From Clostridiales bacterium (lineage in GTDB: Bacteria; Bacillota; Clostridia; Christensenellales; Aristaeellaceae), in assembly GCA_012729115.1 (NCBI GenBank), contig JAAYDR010000113.1, positions 14,207 through 78,206 on the forward strand: DNA of 64,000 nt, given 5' to 3'. The first letter of the stretch is position 1. Each line of letters opens with the position of its first letter. The notes under the pieces were generated by a model, which saw nothing but the letters and a program-made list of their open reading frames with translations, ran no database searches and was not told where the DNA came from. Positions 9,115 to 18,171 of this stretch are shown here, one piece after another. A program made the translations under genes and the position numbers.

Positions 9115-10083
9115 TTATTCAGCAGCGGGGCCCATCACTTCTTTGTAGGTTTCGGGGGTTACCACGATGGCATCTACAGCGGTCTCCATGGGAACTTCTT
9201 CCCCGGCAACCAGCTTCAGCAGCACTTCCACGGAGCCACGGCCTACCAGTTCGGCGGAGAAATAGGCGGAAGCCTTCATGGCGTTGGGGCCTTCCTTCTT
9301 CCACTCATCCTTGGCCATGTAAGCACCCAGGCCTACCACGCAGGCATTAGCGTCCAGACCGGCGGATTCCAGAGCGCGCAGGGCACCGATGGTGCCTTCC
9401 TCGTTGGCACCGGTGACCAGCCACTTTTTGATTTCCGGATGGGCGGTCAACACGGCGGAGGCAGCGATGTTGCCCTTCTCGGTGGTGCCGTCATAATCGG
9501 CGCGGTAGATTTTGGAGGTGTCAAACTCGGGGCAGAGTTCGGTGAACTTGTCATACTCGCCTTCGATGCGGGGTACGCAGGAAGACACGGTGTCCATGGT
9601 CATCAGCAGCAGGGCACATTCGGGATCAGTCACCAGATTGTTGGCCTTGGCATATTCGGCAACCCAGGCGCCGTTGGCTTCGCCGATTACGTAGGCGTTG
9701 ATGCCAACCCAGGGAACCAGTTTGGTGCCATCGGCACTTTGCAGAGCGTCATCAGCAGCCACAACCGGAATCTTTGCCTCAGCCAGCTTGTCCACAACAG
9801 CCTGGGACAGCGTCTGGTCGGGGATGCAGGTCACGATGCCCACTGCCTTGTCGGCGATGGCGGTATCGATGATCTTCAGGTATTCCTCGGGGCTCATCTT
9901 GGCATCGGCATACACGAAGGTGTATCCGGCGGCTTCGGCAGCAGCCTTGGCGGCAGCGCCTTCATCGATGAACCAGGTCTGGTCGCCGGCCTTATAGATG
10001 CCATAAATGACACCTTCGGCCAGAGCGGATGTGGCACCCAAAACCAGGGCCAGGGTCAGAACCAGAGCAAGAACCTTCTTCAT
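9115..10083 (-). CDS. sugar ABC transporter substrate-binding protein (RbsB/periplasmic-binding-protein type I family)
   Basis: ATG 10083 follows AGGGGGA. Signal peptide MKKVLALVLTLALVLGATSALA|EG. The rest of the sequence matches ribose/arabinose-type binding proteins by my recognition. Confidence 0.85.
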   Translation of the reverse strand: MKKVLALVLTLALVLGATSALAEGVIYGIYKAGDQTWFIDEGAAAKAAAEAAGYTFVYADAKMSPEEYLKIIDTAIADKAVGIVTCIPDQTLSQAVVDKLAEAKIPVVAADDALQSADGTKLVPWVGINAYVIGEANGAWVAEYAKANNLVTDPECALLLMTMDTVSSCVPRIEGEYDKFTELCPEFDTSKIYRADYDGTTEKGNIAASAVLTAHPEIKKWLVTGANEEGTIGALRALESAGLDANACVVGLGAYMAKDEWKKEGPNAMKASAYFSAELVGRGSVEVLLKLVAGEEVPMETAVDAIVVTPETYKEVMGPAAE

Positions 10084-10172
10084 GAGACATGTCCCCCTAA
10101 AGGTTATTTTATACACCGGTTACCCGGTATATTTCCAGGAATGAAAGATCACCCGGGAAGCAACGCAGCCTC

Positions 10173-11180
10173 TTAGCCGTTCCGTTTGCTGGCTTCCAGC
10201 AGTTGGCGGGCATGGTTTTCCTTGCGCAGGTAGTCTGTTGTCAGGGCGAAGAAGAGCAGCGCGCCTCGGGCTACAAATTGCCAGAAGGAGTCGATTTGCA
10301 CCATGGTGAGACCTGTGTTGAACGCCTGAATCAGCAGCACGCCCAGGAGGGTGCCGCCCATGGTGCCCACACCGCCGGAGAAGGACACGCCGCCCAGGAT
10401 GACTGCAGTAATGGCGTCAAACTCCAGATTCACGTTGGCGGCAGGCTGGCCGGAGTTCATCCGGGCCGCAAATACAATGCCGCCCAGGGCGCACATCACA
10501 CCCATCATCATAAAGCAGATGGTAACCAGTCTTTGGGGATTCAGACCGGCCAGGCGGGCTGCATCCTGATTGCCGCCAATTACGTATACACTGCGGCCAA
10601 ACTTGGTTTTGCTGAGGATAAACCCAAACACCACAAAAGCGACCAGCATGATCCAGACGGCTAAGGGAATGCCCGTAAAGTCGGAGCCCATGGCGGTCAG
10701 GTTGGGGAAGCGGATTTTGCCCAGGGCAATAAAACTTTTGTCGCCGATAGCAATGGGCTTGCCGCCGCACAGAATGTAGGCAAAACCACGCACGATGGAC
10801 TGGGTAACCAGGGTGGCAATGAAAGCCTGCAGCTTGATTTTGTTAATCATAAAGGCGTTGAACAGACCGATAACCGCGCCCGCTGCCAAAGTGATCACAA
10901 AGGACAGAAAGAGGCTGGTGCCGTTGGAAACCAGAAGTGCTGCAAGGACGCCGGAAAAGGCAGCCACCGAGCCGGGGGAGAGGTCGTTCTGTCCCGCGAT
11001 GATCAGATAGGTGTGGCCGATGGCCACCAGGCCCACCAGGGAGGAGGCCACCAGGATGTTAACCAGATTAGTGACGCTGAAATAATTATGATTAAAAATG
11101 GTAAAAAGGGTTGTTACCACCACGATGGCTGCGATGAGGATCAGTTTGTCGCCACCAATGATGCGTTTTGTCTTCTTCAT
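10173..11180 (-). CDS. sugar ABC transporter permease (RbsC/AraH-type, ~10 TM)
   Basis: Highly hydrophobic 335-aa protein with a typical RbsC-family layout. Its start overlaps the ATPase stop by 4 nt. Confidence 0.9.
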   Translation of the reverse strand: MKKTKRIIGGDKLILIAAIVVVTTLFTIFNHNYFSVTNLVNILVASSLVGLVAIGHTYLIIAGQNDLSPGSVAAFSGVLAALLVSNGTSLFLSFVITLAAGAVIGLFNAFMINKIKLQAFIATLVTQSIVRGFAYILCGGKPIAIGDKSFIALGKIRFPNLTAMGSDFTGIPLAVWIMLVAFVVFGFILSKTKFGRSVYVIGGNQDAARLAGLNPQRLVTICFMMMGVMCALGGIVFAARMNSGQPAANVNLEFDAITAVILGGVSFSGGVGTMGGTLLGVLLIQAFNTGLTMVQIDSFWQFVARGALLFFALTTDYLRKENHARQLLEASKRNG

Positions 11181-12739
11181 GCCTCGTTTTCCCCCCTGTG
11201 ATTGGCGGCAGCCGTCGCCGTTTCGCTTCCCATCATGCCCAGTTCCAGCAGCCGGTCCTCCGTGGCCTCTTCCCGCGGCACCTCGCCGGCGATCCGCCGG
11301 GAGCGCATCACCATCACCCTGTCGGAAAGGCCGATCACCTCGGGCAGTTCTGAAGAGATCAAAATCACACCCAGGCCCTGTTTGGCAAACTCGCAGATCA
11401 TGCGGTAAAATTCTGATTTGGCTCCCACGTCGATTCCCTTGGTGGGCTCATCCAGGATCAGTACTTTCGGGCTTACGCACATCCATCGGGCAACAATGCA
11501 TTTTTGCTGGTTGCCGCCGGAGAGCTCCACAATTTTCTTTTCCGCGGAGGGTGTACGGATGTTGAAGTCCCGGATGGATTTTTCCGCCACCTGCTGTTCG
11601 GCCTGGGTGTCAAGCACGCCAAGACGGTTGGAATGCTGGTCCAGCAGAGAAATGTTGATGTTGGCTCCCACATCCAGGTTGGCCAGGATGCCCTGGGTCT
11701 TTCTGTCTTCAGGCACCAGCACGATGCCGTGGCGCATGGCGTCCCGCGGGCTTTTGCAGCGGATGGGCTTGCCATGAAGCAGCACTTCACCGGAGAGCAT
11801 CCGGTCTGCGCCAATGATGGCACGCATGGCCTCGGTCCGGCCTGCGCCCACCAGCCCGGAGAACCCCAGCACCTCCCCCTCGTGCAAGGTGAATGACACA
11901 TCCTCCACATAATAGGAGGACAGGTGCTTTACTTCCAAAAGGGGCTTGCCGATGGTTTTGCTGCGGTCCAGGTTGTTGTAGATATCTCCCAGATCCCGTC
12001 CCACCATCATGCGGATCATTTCCTGGTCGCTTACCTGGTCAATATCCACAGTAGCCACATAGCGGCCATCCTTGAATATGGCGGCCTTGTCCGCGATCTC
12101 CCGGATTTCGCTCATGCGGTGGGACACATATATGACAATTTTGCCTTCCTGCTTCAGTTTGCGAATCACAGCAAACAGGCTTTCAATTTCCGAATCACTC
12201 AGGCTGGCAGTGGGCTCGTCAAAGCAAATAACCTTGAGATTCTCCCGGCTGTAGGCCTTCATGATTTCCACCATCTGCTGGTAGGCGATGCTCAGGTCCT
12301 TCACTTTGGTGGTTGGATGAATGGGAAGGCCAAAGTCCGCAATGATCGCGGACGCCATTTCGTTGGCTTTGCGGGTATTGATGATGCCAAGACGGTTAAC
12401 GGGCATGCGCCCCAGAAAGATATTCTCTGCCACAGACAGTTCCATGAGAATCTGCCGTTCCTGATAAATGACGCTGACCCCGGCCTCGATAGCCTCGTTG
12501 GGGCTGCGAAAGTGGGTGGGCGCGCCATTGATGCGGTATTCACCGGATGTGGGCTGGTAGTCTCCGTTGAGGGTTTTCAGCAGCGTGGATTTTCCGGCCC
12601 CATTCTCTCCCAAAAACGCGAGTACTTCGCCGCTTTGGGCAACGAAGCTTACATTGTCCAAAGCTTTAACACCCGGGAAATATTTCGTGATATTACGGAA
12701 TTCCAAAGTGTTATTCAATTGCCATGATGCTCCCTTCAT
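11177..12739 (-). CDS. sugar ABC transporter ATP-binding protein (duplicated ABC cassette, RbsA/MglA-type)
   Basis: Two Walker A motifs (GENGAGKST; GLVGAGRTE) and two signature motifs (LSIAYQQMVEI; LSGGNQQK). The start is uncertain: ATG 12739 or a nearby TTG. The longest ORF extends to 12817. Confidence 0.9.
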   Translation of the reverse strand: MKGASWQLNNTLEFRNITKYFPGVKALDNVSFVAQSGEVLAFLGENGAGKSTLLKTLNGDYQPTSGEYRINGAPTHFRSPNEAIEAGVSVIYQERQILMELSVAENIFLGRMPVNRLGIINTRKANEMASAIIADFGLPIHPTTKVKDLSIAYQQMVEIMKAYSRENLKVICFDEPTASLSDSEIESLFAVIRKLKQEGKIVIYVSHRMSEIREIADKAAIFKDGRYVATVDIDQVSDQEMIRMMVGRDLGDIYNNLDRSKTIGKPLLEVKHLSSYYVEDVSFTLHEGEVLGFSGLVGAGRTEAMRAIIGADRMLSGEVLLHGKPIRCKSPRDAMRHGIVLVPEDRKTQGILANLDVGANINISLLDQHSNRLGVLDTQAEQQVAEKSIRDFNIRTPSAEKKIVELSGGNQQKCIVARWMCVSPKVLILDEPTKGIDVGAKSEFYRMICEFAKQGLGVILISSELPEVIGLSDRVMVMRSRRIAGEVPREEATEDRLLELGMMGSETATAAANHRGENEA

Positions 12740-12874
12740 TGCACGGTATCCCATGGAGAATCCATCAATTCGTTCATTTCCTCTGGGAACGCATCCTGCT
12801 TGCGTAAAGTATAGCACAGGTGCGGCCCGGTAACTTACTTGATATTGCGGAATTGTTTTTGAAACTTGCGCTTT

Positions 12875-12893
12875 TGTACAGGCGACCTGTACA
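12875..12893. promoter_or_regulatory. perfect palindrome TGTACAGG-CGA-CCTGTACA (candidate operator)
   Basis: 8+8 bp perfect inverted repeat in the divergent intergenic region between the ABC ATPase and the mutarotase. Its right half overlaps the -35 position (18-nt spacer) of a TATAAT at 12912-12917. Confidence 0.5.
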
Positions 12894-12978
12894 GGGTGCC
12901 GAGTGGCTGATTATAATTATTCTACCACAAAATTCCGTTTTTGCATTCCCACATGTAAAGAAGAAAGAGAGGATTGCG

Positions 12979-13998
12979 TTGAGCGAAAAAAGACTCCTTT
13001 CCCTGAGACATCCTTCCGGTATCAGCGTGCAGGTAGACCCGGTAGGTGCGGCCTTGCGGGAAGTACAGGTTTTGAATGCCTTTGGAAATTTTTCAAATAT
13101 TGCGCTGTGCCCTCTTCCGCCTGCACCTCCGGTTCGGGATGCCAGCTATGCCGGAACCACGTTAGCCCCCTGTGCGGGCAGGATCCCCCAGGGTCGGCTG
13201 CAGCTGGAAGTTACTTCTGTGCAGCTGCCGCTCAATGACGGAGCCAATCATCTTCACGGCGGCGGAACCCTGTCCTTTGCCAGGTGGGAAACCACAGGTG
13301 TTACCCCGCATCCCCAGGGGGAGCAGTGCTCCTTTCGCTTTTTTGCGGTCGACGGCTTGGACGGCTATCCGGGCAACCGTGAGTTTACCGTTACCTACAC
13401 CCTGGCCCGGGACGGCAGCCTGTGCATCAGCTACCGTGCGGTGTCAGACCGTCCCACCTGGGTGAATCTGTCCAACCATGCCTACTGGAACCTCAGCGGA
13501 GACTTTACAGGCACCGTTCATGGCCACCGGCTGCAGCTGGCTTCCCGGGAGGTCTATGCCAACGATGAAGCCCACCTGCCTGTAAGCAGGCAGCCTGTGG
13601 GCGGCACAGCCTTCGACTTCCGTGCACCCCGCTCTTTGGCGGAGGCAATGGAGGCGTATCCGCAGGACCGGCAGTTGGCCATTGCCCGCGGCTACAACCA
13701 TACCTTTGTGCTGGAAGGCAGTGGCTCCGGGGACAGAAAACCGGAGGCTGCACCCGCCGCCACAATAACAGAGGATTCCACCGGCCGGCGTTTGCGGCTA
13801 TACACCGACTATCCCGCCCTGGTGCTGTATACAGGCGGATATCTGCAGGCCGGCATGCCCCTTTGCGGGGGCGGCAAAGCATCTCCCTCCTGTGCCCTAG
13901 CGCTGGAGCCCCAGGAACTCCCGGGCAGCGCTTCGTGCCTGCTGCGCCCCGGGGAGGTGCGGCAGAGGTTGATCCGTTTTGTTTTTGATACAGTTTGA
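12979..13998 (+). CDS. aldose 1-epimerase (galactose mutarotase family)
   Basis: Motifs NHLHGG, SNHAYWNL, GYNHTFVL and ALEPQELPGS match GalM-family signatures. An in-frame TTG at 12979 is preceded by AGAGAGGA and gives a ~339-aa product. The track start 12820 adds an implausible N-terminus. Confidence 0.85.
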   Translation: MSEKRLLSLRHPSGISVQVDPVGAALREVQVLNAFGNFSNIALCPLPPAPPVRDASYAGTTLAPCAGRIPQGRLQLEVTSVQLPLNDGANHLHGGGTLSFARWETTGVTPHPQGEQCSFRFFAVDGLDGYPGNREFTVTYTLARDGSLCISYRAVSDRPTWVNLSNHAYWNLSGDFTGTVHGHRLQLASREVYANDEAHLPVSRQPVGGTAFDFRAPRSLAEAMEAYPQDRQLAIARGYNHTFVLEGSGSGDRKPEAAPAATITEDSTGRRLRLYTDYPALVLYTGGYLQAGMPLCGGGKASPSCALALEPQELPGSASCLLRPGEVRQRLIRFVFDTV

Positions 13999-14025
13999 TT
14001 TGTTTCTGCACCCTGCGGGCATCCT

Positions 14026-14715
14026 CTACATGATGCCGTGCTTCTCAAAGGACGCTTTGGCGCTCATGCCTCCCCGAATCGCCTCCGCCACCGTTTTTTC
14101 ACCGGTGGCTTTTTGATACGCCCGCTCAATCACTTCTTTCTCAATATCCCTGGGGATCACCAGCGTACCGTCCAAGTCCCCAAACACGATATCACCTGGG
14201 TTCACCCGTACCCCTTCGATTTCGATGGGAACCCGGTAATCAATGACCTTGCCCCTGGGTGCCTGATCCTGGGCATAGCGTCCGTAGGAAAAGCAGGGGA
14301 AACCAAGCGCCAGAATGCCTTTGGTATCCCTGTGAAAGCCGTTGACCACCGCCCCGGCAGTTCCTAGAATCTGCATCCGGGTACACATCAGTTCCCCTAC
14401 CAGGGCATAGGTGGGAGAAGTGCCTGTGCAGATGTACACCTCATTCTCCTTCAAATCATCCAGAGCCTCCAGCATCAGGCCGAAGGGTTTTTGCATAATG
14501 GGATTCTGCCCCGCGGACAGTTCTTCAAAGGCATCGGCTTCCAGCACCGGCATGGCCCGCCCCGCCACCACCATATTTTGCTCGATGGGCTGGATACGCC
14601 AGGGCAGAAACTGATGCAGACGCCCCATTTTGTCCAGGATGTCACCGATGACTGCGGAATACAGTTCTCCCTTCATCATGGCAAATAGTTCACGGTCATT
14701 TTGCCAGGTAAACAT
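14026..14715 (-). CDS. RraA-family protein (RraA / 4-hydroxy-4-methyl-2-oxoglutarate aldolase fold)
   Basis: 229 aa. ...YSAVIGDILDKMG...VVAGRAMPV...GELMCTRMQILGTAGAVVNGFHRDT...GDIVFGDLDGTLVIP is typical of the RraA/HMG-aldolase-like family. AAGGAGG RBS; the gene lies 9 nt downstream of the dehydratase stop. Confidence 0.8.
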   Translation of the reverse strand: MFTWQNDRELFAMMKGELYSAVIGDILDKMGRLHQFLPWRIQPIEQNMVVAGRAMPVLEADAFEELSAGQNPIMQKPFGLMLEALDDLKENEVYICTGTSPTYALVGELMCTRMQILGTAGAVVNGFHRDTKGILALGFPCFSYGRYAQDQAPRGKVIDYRVPIEIEGVRVNPGDIVFGDLDGTLVIPRDIEKEVIERAYQKATGEKTVAEAIRGGMSAKASFEKHGIM

Positions 14716-14724
14716 GGTTCCTCC

Positions 14725-16395
14725 TTACTCCACCACGGCGCCTTCCGCGGCGGATTTGCTGATTTTCTGATAAGTGCGCAGGTAACCCGCGGGGATGTCC
14801 TTACAGGGCCTCTCCCAATGGGCAAGGCGCTGTTCCAGCAGGTCATCCGGCACATCCAGATGGACCCGGCGCTTTTCGATATCCACCATAATGGGATCCC
14901 CGTCCTTTACCAGCGCCAGAGCCCCGCCCTCGTAGGCTTCCGGGGAGATGTGCCCCACAAACAACCCCCGGTTGGAGCCGGAAAAGCGTCCGTCTGTCAG
15001 TATCGCGCAGGTATCCGACAGGTTCATGCCCTCCAGGCATTTCATGGGACGGTACATCTCCGGCATGCCAGGGCCGCCTTTTGGCCCTTCATAGCGAAGG
15101 ATGATCGCTGTGCCTGGAGCGACCTGCCCCTCCAGAATGGCATGGCAGGCTTCCTGCTCACTATCAAACACCTGCGCTTTACCGCTGAAACGCCACAGGG
15201 CAGGAGGTACGGCAGCCGGCTTCACCACCGCGCCCAGTGGAGCCAGGTTGCCTTTCAGCACCGCAACCCCTCCGGTGTGGGAAAAGGGGTTCTGGCGATC
15301 CCGGATTACCTCCCTGCGGGGGCTGGTGCCGGTTGCCTGAAGCAAATCCCCCAACTGGCCTCCCTCCGCAGTCAGACAATCCAGGTGCAGCAGACCTTCC
15401 AGTTCCTTCATCACTGCGGGAACGCCTCCTGCCTCGTCAAAGTCCACCATATCATGGGGAGAGGCCGGATAGACGGAAGCTACCTGAGGTACCCTGCGGC
15501 TGAAAACATCAAAGGTTTCCAGTGAAAGGTCGCCCAAGCCCGCTTCCCGGTGGATGGCCTGCAGGTGCATGATGGCATTGGTGGACCCTCCGATGCTCAT
15601 TAACACGATGATGGCGTTTTCCAGACTTTTCTGGGTGATCAGTTTGCGTGCCATAATCTTTTGCCGGGCCAGAGCCAGGATGGCTCTTCCTGTGGCCTGT
15701 CCCGCCGCCATGCGTTTTGCCGAAACAGCAGGGATGGTGGCAAAGCCCGGCAGCATCATCCCCATGGCCTCTGCCATGCAGCCCATGGTATTGGCCGTGC
15801 CCATCATCGCGCAGGAACCGGGGCCGGGCTCGGCCAGGTTTTCAATGCGGCGGAACTCTTCCTGGGTGATTTCTCCTCGCTGTTTCCAGCCGATTGCTTC
15901 CGTGATGATATTGCCGTCATAGTGCTTTCCTTTGTAGCAGGCGGGTTGCATGGGGCCGCCGTTGAGAAGCAGGGCAGGGATATCCAGACGGGCGGCGGCC
16001 ATCAGCATGCCGGGTACGATTTTATCACAGGAACCCAGCAGCACCATGCCGTCAAAGCGGTGGGCGCGCACCATGCACTCGATGGAGGAGGCAATCAGAT
16101 CCCGGGCCGGTAGAATATAGCGCATGCCCTCATGCCCCTCGGCAATACCGTCGCAGGGGGCGATCACTCCAAAGGTCATGGCAGTGCCGCCTGCCTCCTC
16201 AATGCCCCTGCGCACCTGCTCTTCCAACTGGTTGAAGGTAACATGGCCCGGGGTCGCGTTGGTATAGGAGTTCACAATGGCAATGAGGGGCTTTGCCAGG
16301 GACTGGTCGTCAAAACCCATGGATTTGTACAGGGCACGCTTCAGCGCGCCTGTGTCCCCCTGCAAAAGAGGGTTATGGTAGGTGCAGTCCTTCAC
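14725..16395 (-). CDS. IlvD/Edd-family dehydratase (probable sugar-acid dehydratase)
   Basis: 556 aa with IlvD/Edd hallmarks (IAIVNSYTNATPGH, APCDGIAEGHEGM, LLGSCDKIVPGMLMAAARL, TDGRFSG). Confidence 0.9.
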   Translation of the reverse strand: MKDCTYHNPLLQGDTGALKRALYKSMGFDDQSLAKPLIAIVNSYTNATPGHVTFNQLEEQVRRGIEEAGGTAMTFGVIAPCDGIAEGHEGMRYILPARDLIASSIECMVRAHRFDGMVLLGSCDKIVPGMLMAAARLDIPALLLNGGPMQPACYKGKHYDGNIITEAIGWKQRGEITQEEFRRIENLAEPGPGSCAMMGTANTMGCMAEAMGMMLPGFATIPAVSAKRMAAGQATGRAILALARQKIMARKLITQKSLENAIIVLMSIGGSTNAIMHLQAIHREAGLGDLSLETFDVFSRRVPQVASVYPASPHDMVDFDEAGGVPAVMKELEGLLHLDCLTAEGGQLGDLLQATGTSPRREVIRDRQNPFSHTGGVAVLKGNLAPLGAVVKPAAVPPALWRFSGKAQVFDSEQEACHAILEGQVAPGTAIILRYEGPKGGPGMPEMYRPMKCLEGMNLSDTCAILTDGRFSGSNRGLFVGHISPEAYEGGALALVKDGDPIMVDIEKRRVHLDVPDDLLEQRLAHWERPCKDIPAGYLRTYQKISKSAAEGAVVE

Positions 16396-16450
16396 GATGG
16401 TTTCCTCCCGGGTGCGGCGGTCCGCAAAAAATAGGGTGGTGGTGCGGCCA

Positions 16451-17299
16451 TCAGCAACGGTATTCGTTGGAAAGCGTGCCTGCTACCGGGGCCTGCCAAC
16501 TGTATACGCCCCCGGGGGCAACTCCATCCGCCGCGGTAGTGATATAAAGGGTCCGCAGATCCTGTCCCCCGAAGGTGCAGCAGGATACATAACGATCCGG
16601 GAGGGGCAGGCGAAAGTGCACTTGCCCGCTGCGGGGATCGCAGCGCAGCACCTGAAATCCGCCCCACATGGCCACCCACAGCATCCCTTCCCGGTCGATG
16701 CACAAGCCGTCCGGCATCCCCGCTTCTGTGCGAAGATCCACCACTGTGTGGCGATTAGTGATATTTCCGTCCGGCTGAATGGTATAGGCTTCAATCAGCC
16801 CCGAAAGCGTTTCCGTATGATAAAACAGGCTGCCATCTGCGCTCCAGGCCATGCCGTTGGGAATGCTCATGGAGGGTACGGCTACCTTCGCCTGTCCCTG
16901 GATGATGCGCCACAGAGCGCCGCTTCCGGGTGTGCGGGCTTCATCGGCCGTTACCATCACCCCGGCCCATAGACGGCCCTGCGGATCACACTTGCCGTCG
17001 TTGAAGCGGAACTGTGCGGGCAAATGCAGGCAGACAAGTTCCTGCTGCTCTCCTGTGGACAAATCGATTTTCACCAGGGTATCCCGTATGCCGGCCACAA
17101 TACCCTGGGAACCGCAGGGAACCACAAAGCCTGCGGGTTCGTTGGCCTTTATAGGCTGAAAGCCCTGCATGTCAGTGTTTTGTACATAAATGGTCTGCCC
17201 CAGAATATCCACAAACAGCAGCCTTTGGATCCCCGGGTGCCACAAGGCTCCCTCACCCAGAACCAGCGGGGGAGTGGAAAGTGCCTTTACTTCATGCAA
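16451..17299 (-). CDS. SMP-30/gluconolactonase/LRE-family lactonase
   Basis: LGEGALWHP...LLFVDILGQTIY..., RFNDGKCDPQGRLWAG, PNGMAWSADG and PDGLCIDREGMLWVA are beta-propeller lactonase signatures. Confidence 0.85.
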   Translation of the reverse strand: MHEVKALSTPPLVLGEGALWHPGIQRLLFVDILGQTIYVQNTDMQGFQPIKANEPAGFVVPCGSQGIVAGIRDTLVKIDLSTGEQQELVCLHLPAQFRFNDGKCDPQGRLWAGVMVTADEARTPGSGALWRIIQGQAKVAVPSMSIPNGMAWSADGSLFYHTETLSGLIEAYTIQPDGNITNRHTVVDLRTEAGMPDGLCIDREGMLWVAMWGGFQVLRCDPRSGQVHFRLPLPDRYVSCCTFGGQDLRTLYITTAADGVAPGGVYSWQAPVAGTLSNEYRC

Positions 17300-17379
17300 T
17301 GGAACAACCTCCTTATGGATTGCGATGAGCAGGAAGATGTGATAGGCTTAGGCCGGATAAAGGGGAAGGAGGGTACCGG

Positions 17380-18171
17380 ATGCGGCTGGATTTTTGCATC
17401 AACCGCAGAGCGGATACGGGGGCGGGCCTGGGGCTGAACACCATCTTTCGCATCTGGGGCGACAGCACCTACCAGACTCCCCGCAAGGAAATTACGCCGG
17501 GAACAATTTACTTTGTCTACACTACTCAGGGCCTGGGGCAGATTCGCTGCGACGGGCAAAGCTTTGAGGTGGGGAAGAACCAGTATCTGTTTCTGCAGGC
17601 CCGTGAGAGCTTTGGATATGGCTGTCTGGGGGAGAGCTGGCATTTTTGGTGGTTCGAGTTTCTGCGCCCACAAAGCCCCTTTGCGCTGGATGAGGTGCAA
17701 ACTGCGGCAGTCAACGACTTTCAGCTGTCCTTGTGGGAACAATGCCTGCTGTATGCAAAACAGGATCGCTGGGATGTATCCGATGCGCTGCTGGCTGCCG
17801 GCTTCCGCATGCTGGACCACGCCGCGGAACAGCGAGGGAAACCCGTCAATGCGGCTCAGCTGCTGAGCGCGGAGCGATACATCCGCGCCAACCTGGAAAG
17901 TGTTACCGTGGCCAGCCTTTGCGAACACGTTGGTCTGAAGGAGCGCACCCTGCGCAACCTGTTTTACAGGACCTGCAGATGCTCACCCAAACAGCGCATC
18001 ATGACGATCCGGCTGGAGAGAGCTGCGGAGCTTCTGGCCGGCACCACACTGCACCTGTATGAAATCGCTGAAACTTTGGGTTTCTCCAGCCAATTCCATT
18101 TCAGCCGGTGCTTTCGGGAACATTACGGCATGTCGCCCACACGATACCGCAAGATCGTCCCGGAAGGATAA
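17380..18171 (+). CDS. AraC family transcriptional regulator
   Basis: C-terminal AraC HTH (VTVASLCEHVGLKERTLRNLFYR...LYEIAETLGFSSQFHFSRCFREHYGMSPTRYR). It lies divergent from the lactonase operon. Confidence 0.9.
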   Translation: MRLDFCINRRADTGAGLGLNTIFRIWGDSTYQTPRKEITPGTIYFVYTTQGLGQIRCDGQSFEVGKNQYLFLQARESFGYGCLGESWHFWWFEFLRPQSPFALDEVQTAAVNDFQLSLWEQCLLYAKQDRWDVSDALLAAGFRMLDHAAEQRGKPVNAAQLLSAERYIRANLESVTVASLCEHVGLKERTLRNLFYRTCRCSPKQRIMTIRLERAAELLAGTTLHLYEIAETLGFSSQFHFSRCFREHYGMSPTRYRKIVPEG

